Shown here piece after piece: positions 39,908 through 51,628 of a stretch of 64,000 nucleotides of DNA. Below the pieces are notes generated by a model. It saw nothing but the letters and a program-made list of their open reading frames with translations, was not told the origin of the DNA and did not search any database. Each line of letters starts with the position of its first letter. Position 1 is the stretch's first letter. This stretch comes from Trichormus sp. ATA11-4-KO1 (GTDB lineage Bacteria; Cyanobacteriota; Cyanobacteriia; Cyanobacteriales; Nostocaceae): contig JAHHIM010000055.1 in assembly GCA_019358915.1 (NCBI GenBank), forward strand, positions 32,001 through 96,000, in the 5' to 3' direction. The position numbers and the translations under genes were made by a program.

Positions 39908-41302
39908 TTATATTTCCCCTCCAACTACTACATCCCGAATTCGCAGACTAGGGCCACCACAACCCACAGGTAAGCCGTTTTGTCCGCCTTTACCACAACC
40001 ACCAGATTCGTCCCAGTAAAAGTCATCAGCAACGGCTTCAATGTCTGCCAGGGTTTGGAAAACATTACCTGAAAGTGTGACATCCTTCACAGGTTCAGCG
40101 ATTTTACCGTTTCTAATCATCCATGCTTCCCCGGCACTAAAGGTGAACATTTCTCCATTGGTCATGCCGCCTAGCCAATTACGGGCATATACTCCTTCTT
40201 TGATCCCGGTGAATAAGTCAGCAACTGGCGTTTTACCACGTTCAATCCAGGTATTTGTCATGCGGACAATCGGGTTAAAGTGATAATTGAGACAACGGGC
40301 ATTGCCTGTTGGTGCTTCCTCTAATTTGCCTGCGGTTTCACGAGAATGCAAGCGTCCTACCAAAATCCCATCTTTAATTAGTTGGGTAGTAGTAGCAGGT
40401 GTCCCTTCATCATCATAAAAATAGCTACCACGATGTCCTTCTGGGGCAGCACCATCAAAAATTTGTAGTTCTTCTGGCCCAAATCGCCGGCCGATGGTCA
40501 TGACTTCCAGTAAATCCGGATTTTCGTAAGCCATATCAGCTTCGGAAAGATGTCCAAAGGCTTCATGGACGAACAAACCAGTGAGAATTGGGTCAATGAC
40601 CACAGTGTAGGTGTTACCTTTTACTGATGGTAGAGATAAGGCCGCAACAGCTCTTTGGGCGGCACTTTTCACTTGTTTATCTAAAGCATTTAAATCTTCA
40701 TAAGCTTTGCGAGAGCCAGTAGTTTCCCTACCAGTTTGCACTGTTTCTCCATTTCTGGCGGTGGCGGCAAAGCGCATTTCCATATCCACCCAAGATTGCT
40801 CGATCAAAGTTCCTTCTGAGGTGGCGATAATAACTTTTTGAGCGCTGTCACCATAACGGACTGAAGTTGTGGTGATGCGGTGGTCAACACTTTTCAGTGA
40901 ATCAGTATAGCGATCGCATAATTCTTTTTTTTGCCAAAGAGGAATTTTTCGGGGGTCAGTACCTGTCAGAGGTAGTTGGCATATTGCTTGCACTGGGTCA
41001 ACGGGAGCTAGTAAAGTCTCTTCATCACCCACCATTCGGGCGGCGGCGATCGCTTCTTCAATGCGTTCTTTAATAGTTGCCAATTGGTTAAAGCTGCTTA
41101 ATCCCCACCCACCTTTATAACAAGCACGAATATGTCCGCCAATGGAGATGCCTTCACTCAGGGTTTCTACCTTGTCACCGCGCAACAAGATATCAGTCCC
41201 TTCTGCTTCTTCTAGGCGAATCATCAAATAATCTACACGGGATGAGTAGCGGGTGATGAGGTCAGAAAGTAAATTTTGTGCGTCAGCAAGTGTACTCGGC
41301 AT
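39908..41302 (-). CDS. tldD: TldD metalloprotease
   Basis: HEAFGHLSEAD, YDDEG, TGNAR, VRMTNT, GCGKGGQ. Confidence 0.92.
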   Translation of the reverse strand: MPSTLADAQNLLSDLITRYSSRVDYLMIRLEEAEGTDILLRGDKVETLSEGISIGGHIRACYKGGWGLSSFNQLATIKERIEEAIAAARMVGDEETLLAPVDPVQAICQLPLTGTDPRKIPLWQKKELCDRYTDSLKSVDHRITTTSVRYGDSAQKVIIATSEGTLIEQSWVDMEMRFAATARNGETVQTGRETTGSRKAYEDLNALDKQVKSAAQRAVAALSLPSVKGNTYTVVIDPILTGLFVHEAFGHLSEADMAYENPDLLEVMTIGRRFGPEELQIFDGAAPEGHRGSYFYDDEGTPATTTQLIKDGILVGRLHSRETAGKLEEAPTGNARCLNYHFNPIVRMTNTWIERGKTPVADLFTGIKEGVYARNWLGGMTNGEMFTFSAGEAWMIRNGKIAEPVKDVTLSGNVFQTLADIEAVADDFYWDESGGCGKGGQNGLPVGCGGPSLRIRDVVVGGEI

Positions 41303-41435
41303 TTTTATTGAATAACTATGACGAACTCCATTTATTTTGCAATTATTCGGGTCCCACGTGCTACTTCATGGCTTCTGATATCATTTGTAGCGGGTGGTAC
41401 GCCGTCTGTGGGGCACTCTGAAGTTGCACATTCAA

Positions 41436-42410
41436 CTAAACACTCATCTCTAGCATCCGTTGAATTGGACGCAGTGCAGCAATGCGGATCTCTTCTGACA
41501 TGGTAATTTCAGGAGTACGATTCTCCATAGCCCAATAAAGCTTTTCTAAAGTATTTAACCGCATAAATGGGCATTCATTACAATTGCAGTTATTCAATGG
41601 TGGCGCAGGAATAAAACGCTTATTGGGAGCTAGTTTTTGCATTTGGTGAATGATTCCAGGCTCTGTAGCCACGATAAATTCATTTGTTGGACTATTTTGA
41701 CAATATTTGAGTAAGGCGGCTGTGGAACCGATAAAACTGGCGTGGCGCAATACACTACTTTCACATTCTGGGTGGGCGATCGCCTCGGCTTCTGGGTGGG
41801 CAATTTTTAACTGCACAATTTTCTTTTCCGAAAAGGTTTCATGAACAATACAGCTACCTTGCCACAGCACCAAATCTCGTCCAGTTTGTTCCATAACATA
41901 TCGTCCTAAATTCCGGTCTGGGGCAAAAATAATCGGCTGTGACTGTGGTATCTGCTGCACAATCTTGACGGCGTTGGAACTGGTACAGATAATATCGCTC
42001 ATCGCCTTAATATCGGCAGAACAGTTAATGTAGGACACTACCAGATGATCCGGATGTGCTGCTTTAAAGGCGGCAAAAGCCTCTGGTGGACAACTGTCTG
42101 CTAAAGAGCAACCAGCAGCCAAATCTGGTAACAGCACCAATTTATCAGGATTAAGTATCTTTGCTGTTTCTGCCATAAAGTGAACACCAGCAAAAACAAT
42201 CACATCTGCATTGGTCTTTTCTGCGGCTTTAGCTAATTGTAATGAATCCCCAATAAAGTCGGCGATATCTTGAATATCTGGCTCTTGATAGTAATGCGCC
42301 AAAATCACTGCATTGAGTTCTTGCTTGAGACTCTCAATGGCAGCAAATAAATCTAGTGGTAGTCCACCCAGTTGGGTTTTATTTCGTTGAGGTAGTGCAG
42401 TGGTAAACAC
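41436..42410 (-). CDS. nadA: Quinolinate synthase
   Basis: [40 protein letters not shown]. Confidence 0.97.
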   Translation of the reverse strand: MFTTALPQRNKTQLGGLPLDLFAAIESLKQELNAVILAHYYQEPDIQDIADFIGDSLQLAKAAEKTNADVIVFAGVHFMAETAKILNPDKLVLLPDLAAGCSLADSCPPEAFAAFKAAHPDHLVVSYINCSADIKAMSDIICTSSNAVKIVQQIPQSQPIIFAPDRNLGRYVMEQTGRDLVLWQGSCIVHETFSEKKIVQLKIAHPEAEAIAHPECESSVLRHASFIGSTAALLKYCQNSPTNEFIVATEPGIIHQMQKLAPNKRFIPAPPLNNCNCNECPFMRLNTLEKLYWAMENRTPEITMSEEIRIAALRPIQRMLEMSV

Positions 42411-42560
42411 AGTTAGGGGTTGCTTTAAGTTGCAAGTTTTGATCCTGTGGATTCAATTATAGTAGTTTTTACCAAAAATGGGAGACGGTTGATGTCCCCT
42501 CAGTTGTGTCCAAATCCGTCGGAGTTTCATATGCTGGAGATAGACGGCAAGGAAAGTGGC

Positions 42561-43481
42561 ATGACCAGTCAGAAAACTCAATCAATAACCCTAAAAATTG
42601 CTGTAGTTGGAGATGTTCACGACCAATGGGAAGTAGAAGATGGCATTGCACTCAAGCATCTGGGTGTTGAATTAGTGCTGTTTGTCGGTGATTTTGGCAA
42701 TGAGTCGGTGGAAGTAGTCAGAGCGATCGCCTCCCTCGATATTCCCAAAACAGCAGTAATGGGAAACCATGATGCCTGGTACACTGCCACAGAATGGGGT
42801 CGGAGGAAGTGTCCTTACGACCGTTCTCAGGAAGATTGGGTACAGGAACAACTTGACTTATTGGGACCGGCCCATGTTGGTTACGGTAAGCTGGATTTTC
42901 CCGAGTGGAATTTAACTGTCGTGGGAGGTCGTCCTTTTAGCTGGGGTGGCCCGGAGTGGAAATTTGCGGAAATCGTTCAAGAACGGTATGGTGTGACAAG
43001 TCTGGAAGCATCTGCTGATCGCATTGTCAAAGCAGTAAAAAGCGCCGCTTATGAGACGATTATTTTTCTGGGTCACAATGGCCCTAGTGGATTAGGCGAT
43101 CGCCCCGAAGATCCCTGCGGTAAAGACTGGCATCCTATAGGCGGTGACTTTGGTGATCCAGACTTGGGTGAGGCGATTTCTCAGAGTCTCACTGCTGGTA
43201 AGACCATTCCTCTGGTGACATTCGGTCACATGCACCGCACCCTCAGACATACCAAGAAAATACAGCGCAAGGCTGTTTTTAGAAGTCCAGAGGGGACAAT
43301 TTACTTGAATGCGGCAACTGTGCCCAGAATTGTGGAAAATGAGGGTGAGAAACTGCGTAATTTTTCGATTGTTTCCCTAGAGGCGGGTGAGGTTTCCCAA
43401 GTCTCCCTAGTTTGGGTAGGCAAAGATTTCCAGGTGACCTCAGAAGAAATTTTGTACGAGCGTTCACGTAGTGTGTCGTAG
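42561..43481 (+). CDS. Metallophosphoesterase (TIGR04168-like)
   Basis: GDVH, VGDFG, GNHD, GHNGP, FGHMH. Confidence 0.88.
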   Translation: MTSQKTQSITLKIAVVGDVHDQWEVEDGIALKHLGVELVLFVGDFGNESVEVVRAIASLDIPKTAVMGNHDAWYTATEWGRRKCPYDRSQEDWVQEQLDLLGPAHVGYGKLDFPEWNLTVVGGRPFSWGGPEWKFAEIVQERYGVTSLEASADRIVKAVKSAAYETIIFLGHNGPSGLGDRPEDPCGKDWHPIGGDFGDPDLGEAISQSLTAGKTIPLVTFGHMHRTLRHTKKIQRKAVFRSPEGTIYLNAATVPRIVENEGEKLRNFSIVSLEAGEVSQVSLVWVGKDFQVTSEEILYERSRSVS

Positions 43482-43591
43482 ACATTCGCCTTCGGTAGTG
43501 CAATCTGCGTAGATGATGAGATATAGTATTATCTGTCAGCTTTAGTGCTAGCCCACAAATGTAGGGTAGTTAGTGGCTAGACAGATTTACT

Positions 43592-43676
43592 GGAGAGGTG
43601 GCAGAGTGGTCGATTGCGTCCGACTTGAAATCGGATGAGGCTAAAACCTCCGGGAGTTCGAATCTCCCCCTCTCCG
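43592..43676 (+). tRNA. tRNA-Ser(TGA)
   Basis: GGAGAGGTGGCAGAGTGG...TCCGA-CT-TGA-AA-TCGGA, long variable arm. Confidence 0.97.
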
Positions 43677-43711
43677 TTTTTGGGAACTAGTAAATAAATT
43701 GGTTGGATAAA

Positions 43712-44560
43712 TCAGCTCTGATTACTGAGCTTGACTAATTGGTCTAACTCTTGCTGCATCTGAGTTACAACTAATTCATAGCATTCATTGACATAGTGGC
43801 GATCGCTAGCCGCTTCCCGACCGTAGCGTTCAAATACAATCGGTGGACAAACCCGCGTTTGAATGGGTACAGGTAATGGAATATTGGGAAGTGGCCCAAT
43901 TCCTAACCCCCAAGGTAACCCTAGATAAATAGGAAAAACTACCGGATCAATCCCAAACAGCCAGGGCATTCCCCACTTGTGAAGTTGCTGCAACATTTGA
44001 TAGATGTCAGCCAGCACAATCAGCGTATCGTGAGCACCACAAGAAATCACAGGGACAATCGGCACATTTTCCCGTAGGGCTAGTTTAATAAATCCTTGTC
44101 GTCCCGCAAAATAAATTTTATTACGCAAATTATGCGGTCGGAAGATATCTTCTGCTCCACCAGGATAAACCAGTACACTCGCTCCAGCACGCAAAGCAGC
44201 ATAAGCCATTTTTGGATGAGCCATAATTGCTCCCATTTTGGCAGCCATTTGGGCAATTTGAGGAGTTAGTTCCCAAACCTTGGGATGCATCAAACCATAG
44301 ACAGGCCGCTCAACACCAAATCTGCAGAACCAGTCATACATCATCATCAGCATATCGGGAGCCGCAAGTCCCCCATTATGAGAACCGACAAATAGGACTT
44401 TCTCCTGGGGGGGAATATGCTGCCAACCATCGGTTTTTACTCGAAAGTAGTAACTATATAAAAAGCTCAATAGGGGCATTATAGATTCAATGAACTTTGG
44501 ATCTCGCTCATCTAAAGTCCAACCGAGTTTTGTATTGTTTTTAAGCGGCTTTTGTAACAT
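43712..44560 (-). CDS. Lysophospholipid/diacylglycerol acyltransferase family
   Basis: VGSHNGG, VYPGGAED, GFIKLAL, VPIVPV. Confidence 0.9.
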   Translation of the reverse strand: MLQKPLKNNTKLGWTLDERDPKFIESIMPLLSFLYSYYFRVKTDGWQHIPPQEKVLFVGSHNGGLAAPDMLMMMYDWFCRFGVERPVYGLMHPKVWELTPQIAQMAAKMGAIMAHPKMAYAALRAGASVLVYPGGAEDIFRPHNLRNKIYFAGRQGFIKLALRENVPIVPVISCGAHDTLIVLADIYQMLQQLHKWGMPWLFGIDPVVFPIYLGLPWGLGIGPLPNIPLPVPIQTRVCPPIVFERYGREAASDRHYVNECYELVVTQMQQELDQLVKLSNQS

Positions 44561-45707
44561 CCAGGCATCTGAACAGGATTACTGAAAGTCTGACTATTGC
44601 TCTTGTTGCGGGTTTAAGCACACGGCATTTACATAGAGATGTTACTTTATAAAGCTACATCTTTAAATTAGCATTTGCTGAAACCATCAAGATTTTTTCC
44701 AACTCTCTTGCTGTAGGAGGTGAAAGAGCAGAACCCCAAAATACGCCAGTCAATATTTTTAGCCGGAATATTGTTTTTGGTGGAACTGCGAATTGTATCA
44801 GTGTTTCATAGTTAAATTATAACTTTTTTTAGTTATTTTTCATACATGTGTTTCTGACTTTCATTGAATCATAACCACGTAATTTTTTTGTATTAATTTT
44901 AACTAATAGCTAAATAAAGCATCTGCAATAAAAGATTTTATTAAATGCCGAAATTATTTATAGATTTTTACTAGTTATACATGAGAGCAGGATTCAACCC
45001 GTCTTTTTTATTTTTAATGAGTTGCCATTTTGGCAACTCATTAAAAATCTTGTGTGATATATTTATAGATATTGCCATAATTAATTATAATTAAAACACT
45101 GAGTAGAAAATAAATTCTTGTTCTTTTTGTTTAGATAAATTGAACTTTTGTAATTATTCTAAATTCCCAATTTTATTGCTACTTCAAGCTGTATCGACGA
45201 GATAATACCCGTTTTTTGTTTTATAAATTTCCTAATGTATTAGGGTATACCGGGATAAATCAATATCAGCTTTTATGCGATTTGGACACATCCCATAGGA
45301 AGATGACTAACCACAAAAATAATAGGTAAATTAATCCGGGATGTTGTTATGCACTGGATTTATAGTGAGGTTTGGTGATGAGCCAAACCTCTTTTATTAT
45401 TCCTATATAAAAAATATTTGGATAAATTCAAGAAAATACAGGAGAGAGAGGGCAAACCCCATACAGAAATGTAGAGTCTTGATATCAGGGTAAGCGGATC
45501 TAATTTTGTAGTGCAACATTTCATTTGATTTAAGAATTTCTCAAGAAATGCTGGTAAGGAACATAGAATTTTTCTGTAAATTGACTTAAAAAAATCTAGT
45601 TAGGGAAGCTTATCTTAAAATCTTCTAGGCAATATCATCAAAGCGGGAGTATAAAAGAAACAATAACAAGCAAAACATACTCTCTGGCTTAACTGAGAAC
45701 TACAATA

Positions 45708-48017
45708 ATGGCAAATCGCTGGCGAAAATCTGCTAAACGAAATCCTCATGCAGATGCGAACAAACGCGTCTCCCCAAAACTTCGGCAAAATTCTCCAAAA
45801 AAGGGTTGGCTATTGTCAACGCTAGCGATCGCTCTTTTGTTGAGCAGTGCTGGATTAATTACGGCTTTTGCCTGGATGAGCATTCTTTTTATATTCAATC
45901 CCGAACAAGTGGGCTGGGTAAATAAATTTTTACCAGAATGGGTGCAAATTCCTCTAAATAATAGCGATCGCCCCCAAAGCCTCAAACAAATTCAAGAAAG
46001 TTTGAGTAAACCACAAATAGCTGGGGAAACCCTACCTCTAGATAATGGGGAACACTCGTTTTTACTACCAGTTTTTCAGCAGCGTCCTAATTGCCAGTCT
46101 GACTGTCAAGAAATTGTGGAACTGAGAGTTTACCAGCGCTCAGAAGATTTAAAATTTTCATCGCAACCAGAAAAGTACTATTATCTGGCAACTCAACTAC
46201 CCATAACTGGGACAGAAGAATCTTTAAGCGATGCAACCTCAGAAGAGTATTTACCATTAACTGAAATCAAACGCTTTGAAAGTGGCGCACCATCACCAGG
46301 GGTGTGGTTTTATTTGCATGGTCAGCGTCAACAAGCAACTAGTGCGATCGCTTACGGTAGAATTATCTACTACAATCCCCAACGTACTAACCTCCAACAG
46401 TTGTTATCCTGGAAAAATCCCAACGGACAATTACCCAAATGGCAACAGGTAACTGGTGGCGGTGCGAATGAGCTAGTTATTGATCAAACAGTAAGTTTAG
46501 AACCCCAGTTAAGTGTTTACCAAGTCCAATCGACTAAGTTTTATCTCAACCCCATTCAACTAGAAGCAATTTCCCTCAAATCACCAGCAATTCAGGATGC
46601 TAATTACCAAAATGCCTTGTTGATTGCTCGTAATGGATTGTGGACACCAGCCTGGGAGTGGTTGCAATTTATTCAGAAACAGCGAAAAGGAGTTTTACCA
46701 GCAACAGCCCAAGCACAAATTGATCTGATCCATTTGCACTCCCAACTGACTAAAGCTCAAGCAGAGAAAAATTGGGCGAGTCCCAGTCAACAAGTATTGG
46801 CAGAGTTGATTGATGGTCGCTGGGCAAAAGCTTTACAAGTGTTTACAGCATCGCCCCAAAATGCTCAAGAAATCGCTACTCTCCTGAAAGCAGATACCGG
46901 ACGGTTATGGAATCGCACAGTGGCAGCATTGCAAGTTAACCCAAATCGACAAGACGTACAAGCTTGGGCAGCTTTGATTTTAGCCGTTCAGCAAGGTGAA
47001 GGACGTGCCAATTCCTGGCTAAATTCCCAACCGCAAGTTACACAAGCCTCTCTTGCCTACATTCAAGGTTTATTAGCACAACTCCAGGGTGAAGTAGCAA
47101 AGTCGCAAATCTCGGCTAATCATCCTAGTCAGATAGTGGGTGCAGTGCAACCCATCTCGCAAATTCAGCCCACCGAGTGGTTGCAACCAGATATCAACGC
47201 AGATTTCACAATCCCAGACAACTACATTTGGTATCGGGTAGAAGTGAGTGCCTTTCATGACGGCAAACGCTGGCTGAGTTTTCCCTTTAAGAATTTGCAA
47301 CCTCCCAAAAATTTCCCAGCCGAGTTTTTTTGGGCAACTTTGGGAATTAATTTCGATCCTGTGATGCAAATAATTGTCTGGCTACCAAATGGAGAACAGC
47401 AAATCACCTCTGCCACTATTAAACGGGTACAGTGGCGAAATGGAGTTTTGCAACTATTGGCATCTGGACAAAAAATCTCTGGACATCAAAATCATACTCT
47501 CCAACCTAGACCTCTAGCCCTGACAAATGCAGCGTTGGAATGGGTGCAGCCATCTCCTATTACCCTGACAGAACTCTATGAAAAAAATCCCCAAGATGTA
47601 GAGGCTATGTTAGAGATTGTATGGCGTTCTTTACAAGAAGCTGGACAAATTCCTATTGGTGATGTGCCTAGCTTTTTGCAGATTCAAGCACAACTCAGTG
47701 ACTGGCCAGTGCAGATGATTGATTTAACAAATAATACTCGGCCGGAAACAGTACTAACTATTTCAGCAGATGCCATTGCTGCTTTGAGGAATATCAACTT
47801 AGGAACTGATGAACCAAAAAAAAATCCGTACCGTCCTCGTACCCTAATCTTGTCTGATAGTGGTAAGGTTATATATACGGATTTTCAAAAAAGTTCCCGA
47901 CAAGCATTAGTAGCGATCGCCAAACTTTCAAACAGTCAATCTCTAGCTTTATTGGTAGAGAATGCTAATAACTACAGCTTACAGCGTTGGTCAGATCAGC
48001 ATCAACGCTTTGAATAG
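45708..48017 (+). CDS. Large membrane-anchored hypothetical protein
   Basis: 769-aa ORF, N-terminal TM segment, host-like HIP1 content. Confidence 0.8.
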   Translation: MANRWRKSAKRNPHADANKRVSPKLRQNSPKKGWLLSTLAIALLLSSAGLITAFAWMSILFIFNPEQVGWVNKFLPEWVQIPLNNSDRPQSLKQIQESLSKPQIAGETLPLDNGEHSFLLPVFQQRPNCQSDCQEIVELRVYQRSEDLKFSSQPEKYYYLATQLPITGTEESLSDATSEEYLPLTEIKRFESGAPSPGVWFYLHGQRQQATSAIAYGRIIYYNPQRTNLQQLLSWKNPNGQLPKWQQVTGGGANELVIDQTVSLEPQLSVYQVQSTKFYLNPIQLEAISLKSPAIQDANYQNALLIARNGLWTPAWEWLQFIQKQRKGVLPATAQAQIDLIHLHSQLTKAQAEKNWASPSQQVLAELIDGRWAKALQVFTASPQNAQEIATLLKADTGRLWNRTVAALQVNPNRQDVQAWAALILAVQQGEGRANSWLNSQPQVTQASLAYIQGLLAQLQGEVAKSQISANHPSQIVGAVQPISQIQPTEWLQPDINADFTIPDNYIWYRVEVSAFHDGKRWLSFPFKNLQPPKNFPAEFFWATLGINFDPVMQIIVWLPNGEQQITSATIKRVQWRNGVLQLLASGQKISGHQNHTLQPRPLALTNAALEWVQPSPITLTELYEKNPQDVEAMLEIVWRSLQEAGQIPIGDVPSFLQIQAQLSDWPVQMIDLTNNTRPETVLTISADAIAALRNINLGTDEPKKNPYRPRTLILSDSGKVIYTDFQKSSRQALVAIAKLSNSQSLALLVENANNYSLQRWSDQHQRFE

Positions 48018-48060
48018 CACAACTATAGAACTACTGGCGATCGCTATCATGACAAGTATT

Positions 48061-48252
48061 TTATTCTTCTTGGTTATGATCTGCTAGCCGTTGCTCCTTC
48101 AGGTTTTGTAATTGTTGTAACAGAGAATCTATCTCTGCTTGCAGGTGTTGAAACTTCGCTTGTTGATCATCTTGATAATAAGACTTTGTTAAATCGCTAA
48201 CCCAGAGAGTCTGGGAGTGGCGTTCAGAAACACTAGATGAATAGGTAGGCAT
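48061..48252 (-). CDS. Small coiled-coil hypothetical protein
   Basis: YQDDQQAKFQHLQAEIDSLLQQLQ. Confidence 0.65.
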   Translation of the reverse strand: MPTYSSSVSERHSQTLWVSDLTKSYYQDDQQAKFQHLQAEIDSLLQQLQNLKEQRLADHNQEE

Positions 48253-48419
48253 TGTTAACTAAAATCCACAACTCAACTCACACCATTAGTAAATATTATA
48301 ATAATGTAAGTTTAAGGTTTGTTAAACGATTGTATACTTTCAATCATTTACTCTAATAGGTTACTGGTGTTTTCATAAGTGACTGCGATTGTGAAGGCTG
48401 TGTTCCATACTTAAAAAAG

Positions 48420-48478
48420 TGCTGAGTGCTGAGTGCTGAGTGCGCTTGCCCTGAGCGAAGTCGAAGGGGAGTGCTGAG
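48420..48478. repeat. TGCTGAG heptamer repeats with an inserted small dispersed repeat; a second TGCTGAG tract lies at 49852-49875
   Basis: Tandem 7-mers on both sides of thrC. Confidence 0.8.
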
Positions 48479-48749
48479 TCAAAGAAGAGGTAGATGAGGA
48501 AGCTCTTACTTCTTCTGCACATCTGCTCGCCTGCACCCCTGCCCATCTGCCCCTATTGGCAGTTATGATAAACTGACGTTCCACATAAAATAAAAATCAT
48601 CAGTTAAGACACTGGCACCACAGGAGATAATATTCTTCTAGAATGAAAAATCTGGAAAATAGGAACTGAAAAGGAGAAATTAACTTTCTTTGTCTTCGTT
48701 ATCCTGGTCTTTCTCATCGCCAATCCTTAGTTAAAAAGTTTTAAAACCC

Positions 48750-49841
48750 GTGACTGTGAGTTTGTCTGTTGCTAAATCTCATCGCCAATCCTGGCCTGGA
48801 CTGATAGAAGCCTATCGTGAGTACTTGCCTGTGAGCGATCAAACGCCTGTTGTTACCTTACTAGAGGGCAATACTCCCTTGATTCCGGTGCCGGCGATCG
48901 CAGAACGCATTGGCAGACAAGTACGTGTGTTTGTAAAATACGATGGTCTTAACCCCACTGGTAGCTTCAAAGACCGGGGGATGACGATGGCTATTTCCAA
49001 GGCGAAGGAAGCAGGGGCTAAGGCAGTGATTTGTGCTAGTACAGGCAATACTTCCGCCGCCGCCGCCGCTTATGCTAGACGTGGCGGGATGAATGCCTTT
49101 GTACTCATCCCCGATGGTTATGTGGCTTTAGGCAAATTGGCACAGGCTTTGCTATATGGTGCAGAAGTTCTGGCAATTAAAGGTAATTTTGACCGCGCCC
49201 TAGAAATTGTGCGCGAGATGGCAGAAAGCTATCCTATCACTTTAGTCAATTCCGTGAATCCCTACCGTCTAGAAGGACAAAAAACAGGAGCATTTGAAGT
49301 GGTAGATGCCCTAGGTAATGCCCCAGACTGGTTGTGCATCCCAGTAGGTAATGCGGGAAATATCACAGCATATTGGATGGGATTTTGTCAATATCATCAA
49401 GCAGGCAAATGCGATCGCCTGCCCCGGATGATGGGATTCCAAGCAGCAGGTGCAGCCCCCTTAGTAAATGGTCAACCAGTAACCCATCCCGAAACCATAG
49501 CTACAGCAATTCGTATTGGTAACCCTGCTAGCTGGGATAAAGCGATCGCTGCCCAATCTGCCAGTCAAGGAAGTTTCAAAGCCGTTACCGACGCAGAGAT
49601 ATTGGATGCGTATAGACTTTTGGCAGCATCTGAAGGCATTTTCTGCGAACCTGCCAGTGCTGCATCTGTTGCTGGGTTATTACAAGTCAAAGATCAAATT
49701 CCTACCGGGGCGACAGTAGTTTGTGTTCTCACTGGTAATGGTCTTAAAGATCCAGATACAGCCATTAAACACAGCCACAGCCAATTTAAACAAGGCATTG
49801 ATGCAGAACTACATGCTGTAGCTAAAGCAATGGGATTTTAG
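48750..49841 (+). CDS. thrC: Threonine synthase
   Basis: [50 protein letters not shown]. Confidence 0.96.
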   Translation: MTVSLSVAKSHRQSWPGLIEAYREYLPVSDQTPVVTLLEGNTPLIPVPAIAERIGRQVRVFVKYDGLNPTGSFKDRGMTMAISKAKEAGAKAVICASTGNTSAAAAAYARRGGMNAFVLIPDGYVALGKLAQALLYGAEVLAIKGNFDRALEIVREMAESYPITLVNSVNPYRLEGQKTGAFEVVDALGNAPDWLCIPVGNAGNITAYWMGFCQYHQAGKCDRLPRMMGFQAAGAAPLVNGQPVTHPETIATAIRIGNPASWDKAIAAQSASQGSFKAVTDAEILDAYRLLAASEGIFCEPASAASVAGLLQVKDQIPTGATVVCVLTGNGLKDPDTAIKHSHSQFKQGIDAELHAVAKAMGF

Positions 49842-50223
49842 CTCAACCTTACTGAGTGCTGAGTGCTGAGTGCTGAGTGCTGAGTAAATTAAAAAGGTAG
49901 GAAGTACTGAAGTAATTAGTACATACTACGCCAATTGTGGGTTGTCTTTTAACGAGCGCATTCCTGATGTAATTATTTTTTTATCGCCTGTTTAAAAAAT
50001 AAAAAAGTGGGCATTGCCCATTTAAAGAAGGAAGTGCTGTTGGAGTCAGAAGGCTTGTACTGAGCGTAGCCGAAGTGAAGAAGGAAAATTGGTGGGGGAT
50101 TGAAATCCACCACCAATTGCAGACCACCAAATCATAGATTTTGTGGGGGATTTAAACCCGTTTGGCAAGCAGAAATAAGACTTCTTCCTTCTTTCTTCTT
50201 ACCTCTTCCTTCGTTAAATTAAT

Positions 50224-51405
50224 TTAACCTTTAACACAAATAACTTGCTTGAGTGTGGCAACAACTTCAACTAGATCCGCTTGATTTTTCATCACTTGAT
50301 CTATCGGTTTATAAGCACCAGGAATTTCATCTAAAACACCTGTATCTTTGCGGCATTCTACACCTTGAGTTTGGGTAATCAAATCATCAAGTGTGTAGAC
50401 ATTTTTGGCTTTATTTCTAGACAACAAACGCCCCGCACCATGACTACAAGAACAGAAACTATGGGCATTACCTTTACCCTTAACAATGAAAGATTTTGCT
50501 CCCATTGAACCAGGAATAATACCATAGTCTTCAGTTTGTGCGCGTACTGCACCCTTGCGAGTAACATATACATCTTCGTCAAAATGCACTTCTTTTTCGG
50601 CGTAATTGTGATGACAATTTACCTGTAATAAGGGTTTAGTGGCCTTTCCACCCGCTAGGTGCTTCTCGATGATGTGCTGGAAACGCGCCATCATCACATC
50701 ACGGTTGAAACGTGCGTAATCTTGCGCCCACTGCAAATCATTCCAGTATGCTTGGAATTCTCGCGTACCAGCCACAAAATAAGACAAATCGGGATCAGGC
50801 AATTTATTACCTGCCATTTTGGCTAATTCTTTAGCTGTGTGAATATGGCATTGAGCTAACTTGTTTCCAATGTTGCGCGAACCAGAATGCAACATTAGCC
50901 AAACTTGGTTTTCTGTATCGAGGCAGACTTCAATAAAATGATTTCCGCCACCAAGAGAACCCATTTGTTTCATTGCTTTGCGTTGCAAATCTTGCACACC
51001 CGGATGTAAATCAGAAAAATCACGCCAGCGTTGCCAATTGGTGGCAGATTTTTCCACATCTTTATTTTCGTTAAAACCAGTAGGAATTGCTGCTTCAATA
51101 TCCAAACGAATTTTCTTTAACTTGCCTTCCAGTTGTTCAGCAGTAAATGGAGTTTTGATAGCACACATACCGCAACCAATATCCACCCCCACAGCAGCCG
51201 GGATGATTGCTTCTTTGGTGGCAATTACAGAACCTACCAAAGCGCCTTTACCTAAGTGAACATCTGGCATTAAGGCTACATGCTTAAATACAAATGGTAG
51301 GGATGCTACATTTTTTGCCATCTTGGTTTCTTCCGATCCTAAAGGATGATTTGCCCAAGATAAAACAGGCGCTGGTGTAGTAATTTCTAACTTTTCGTAA
51401 GGCAT
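50224..51405 (-). CDS. rtcB: RNA-splicing/repair ligase RtcB
   Basis: MPDVHLG, VGVDIGCG, GSLGGGNHFIE, HSGSR, HHNY, PGSMG, SHGAGR, DEIPGAYK. Confidence 0.96.
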   Translation of the reverse strand: MPYEKLEITTPAPVLSWANHPLGSEETKMAKNVASLPFVFKHVALMPDVHLGKGALVGSVIATKEAIIPAAVGVDIGCGMCAIKTPFTAEQLEGKLKKIRLDIEAAIPTGFNENKDVEKSATNWQRWRDFSDLHPGVQDLQRKAMKQMGSLGGGNHFIEVCLDTENQVWLMLHSGSRNIGNKLAQCHIHTAKELAKMAGNKLPDPDLSYFVAGTREFQAYWNDLQWAQDYARFNRDVMMARFQHIIEKHLAGGKATKPLLQVNCHHNYAEKEVHFDEDVYVTRKGAVRAQTEDYGIIPGSMGAKSFIVKGKGNAHSFCSCSHGAGRLLSRNKAKNVYTLDDLITQTQGVECRKDTGVLDEIPGAYKPIDQVMKNQADLVEVVATLKQVICVKG

Positions 51406-51505
51406 AATTTTCTCTACTTTAAATTTTTTATCCTAAATTTAGGCGCAGGTGCCAAATTTTATACTTTAATTTGTGAATAACATTACAGTTTTGAGATAGT
51501 AGTAT

Positions 51506-51527
51506 TTGTATTACAATTGTAATACAA
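51506..51527. promoter_or_regulatory. 22-bp perfect palindrome upstream of rtcB (putative TrcR operator)
   Basis: TTGTATTACAATTGTAATACAA. Confidence 0.65.
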
Positions 51528-51628
51528 GAGTATTTCTAATGTCAACGCGATCGCTTGACAGAGAAAAGCAGATCGTCTCAGATAAGATGAATTAAAATTT
51601 GTAAAGAAAATGACTCTGGTTCCATCCT

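Noticed and set aside
50085..50160. GGGGATTGAAA hairpin resembling a CRISPR repeat end
   Set aside because: No regularly spaced repeat-spacer units; it looks like a palindromic dispersed repeat between convergent genes
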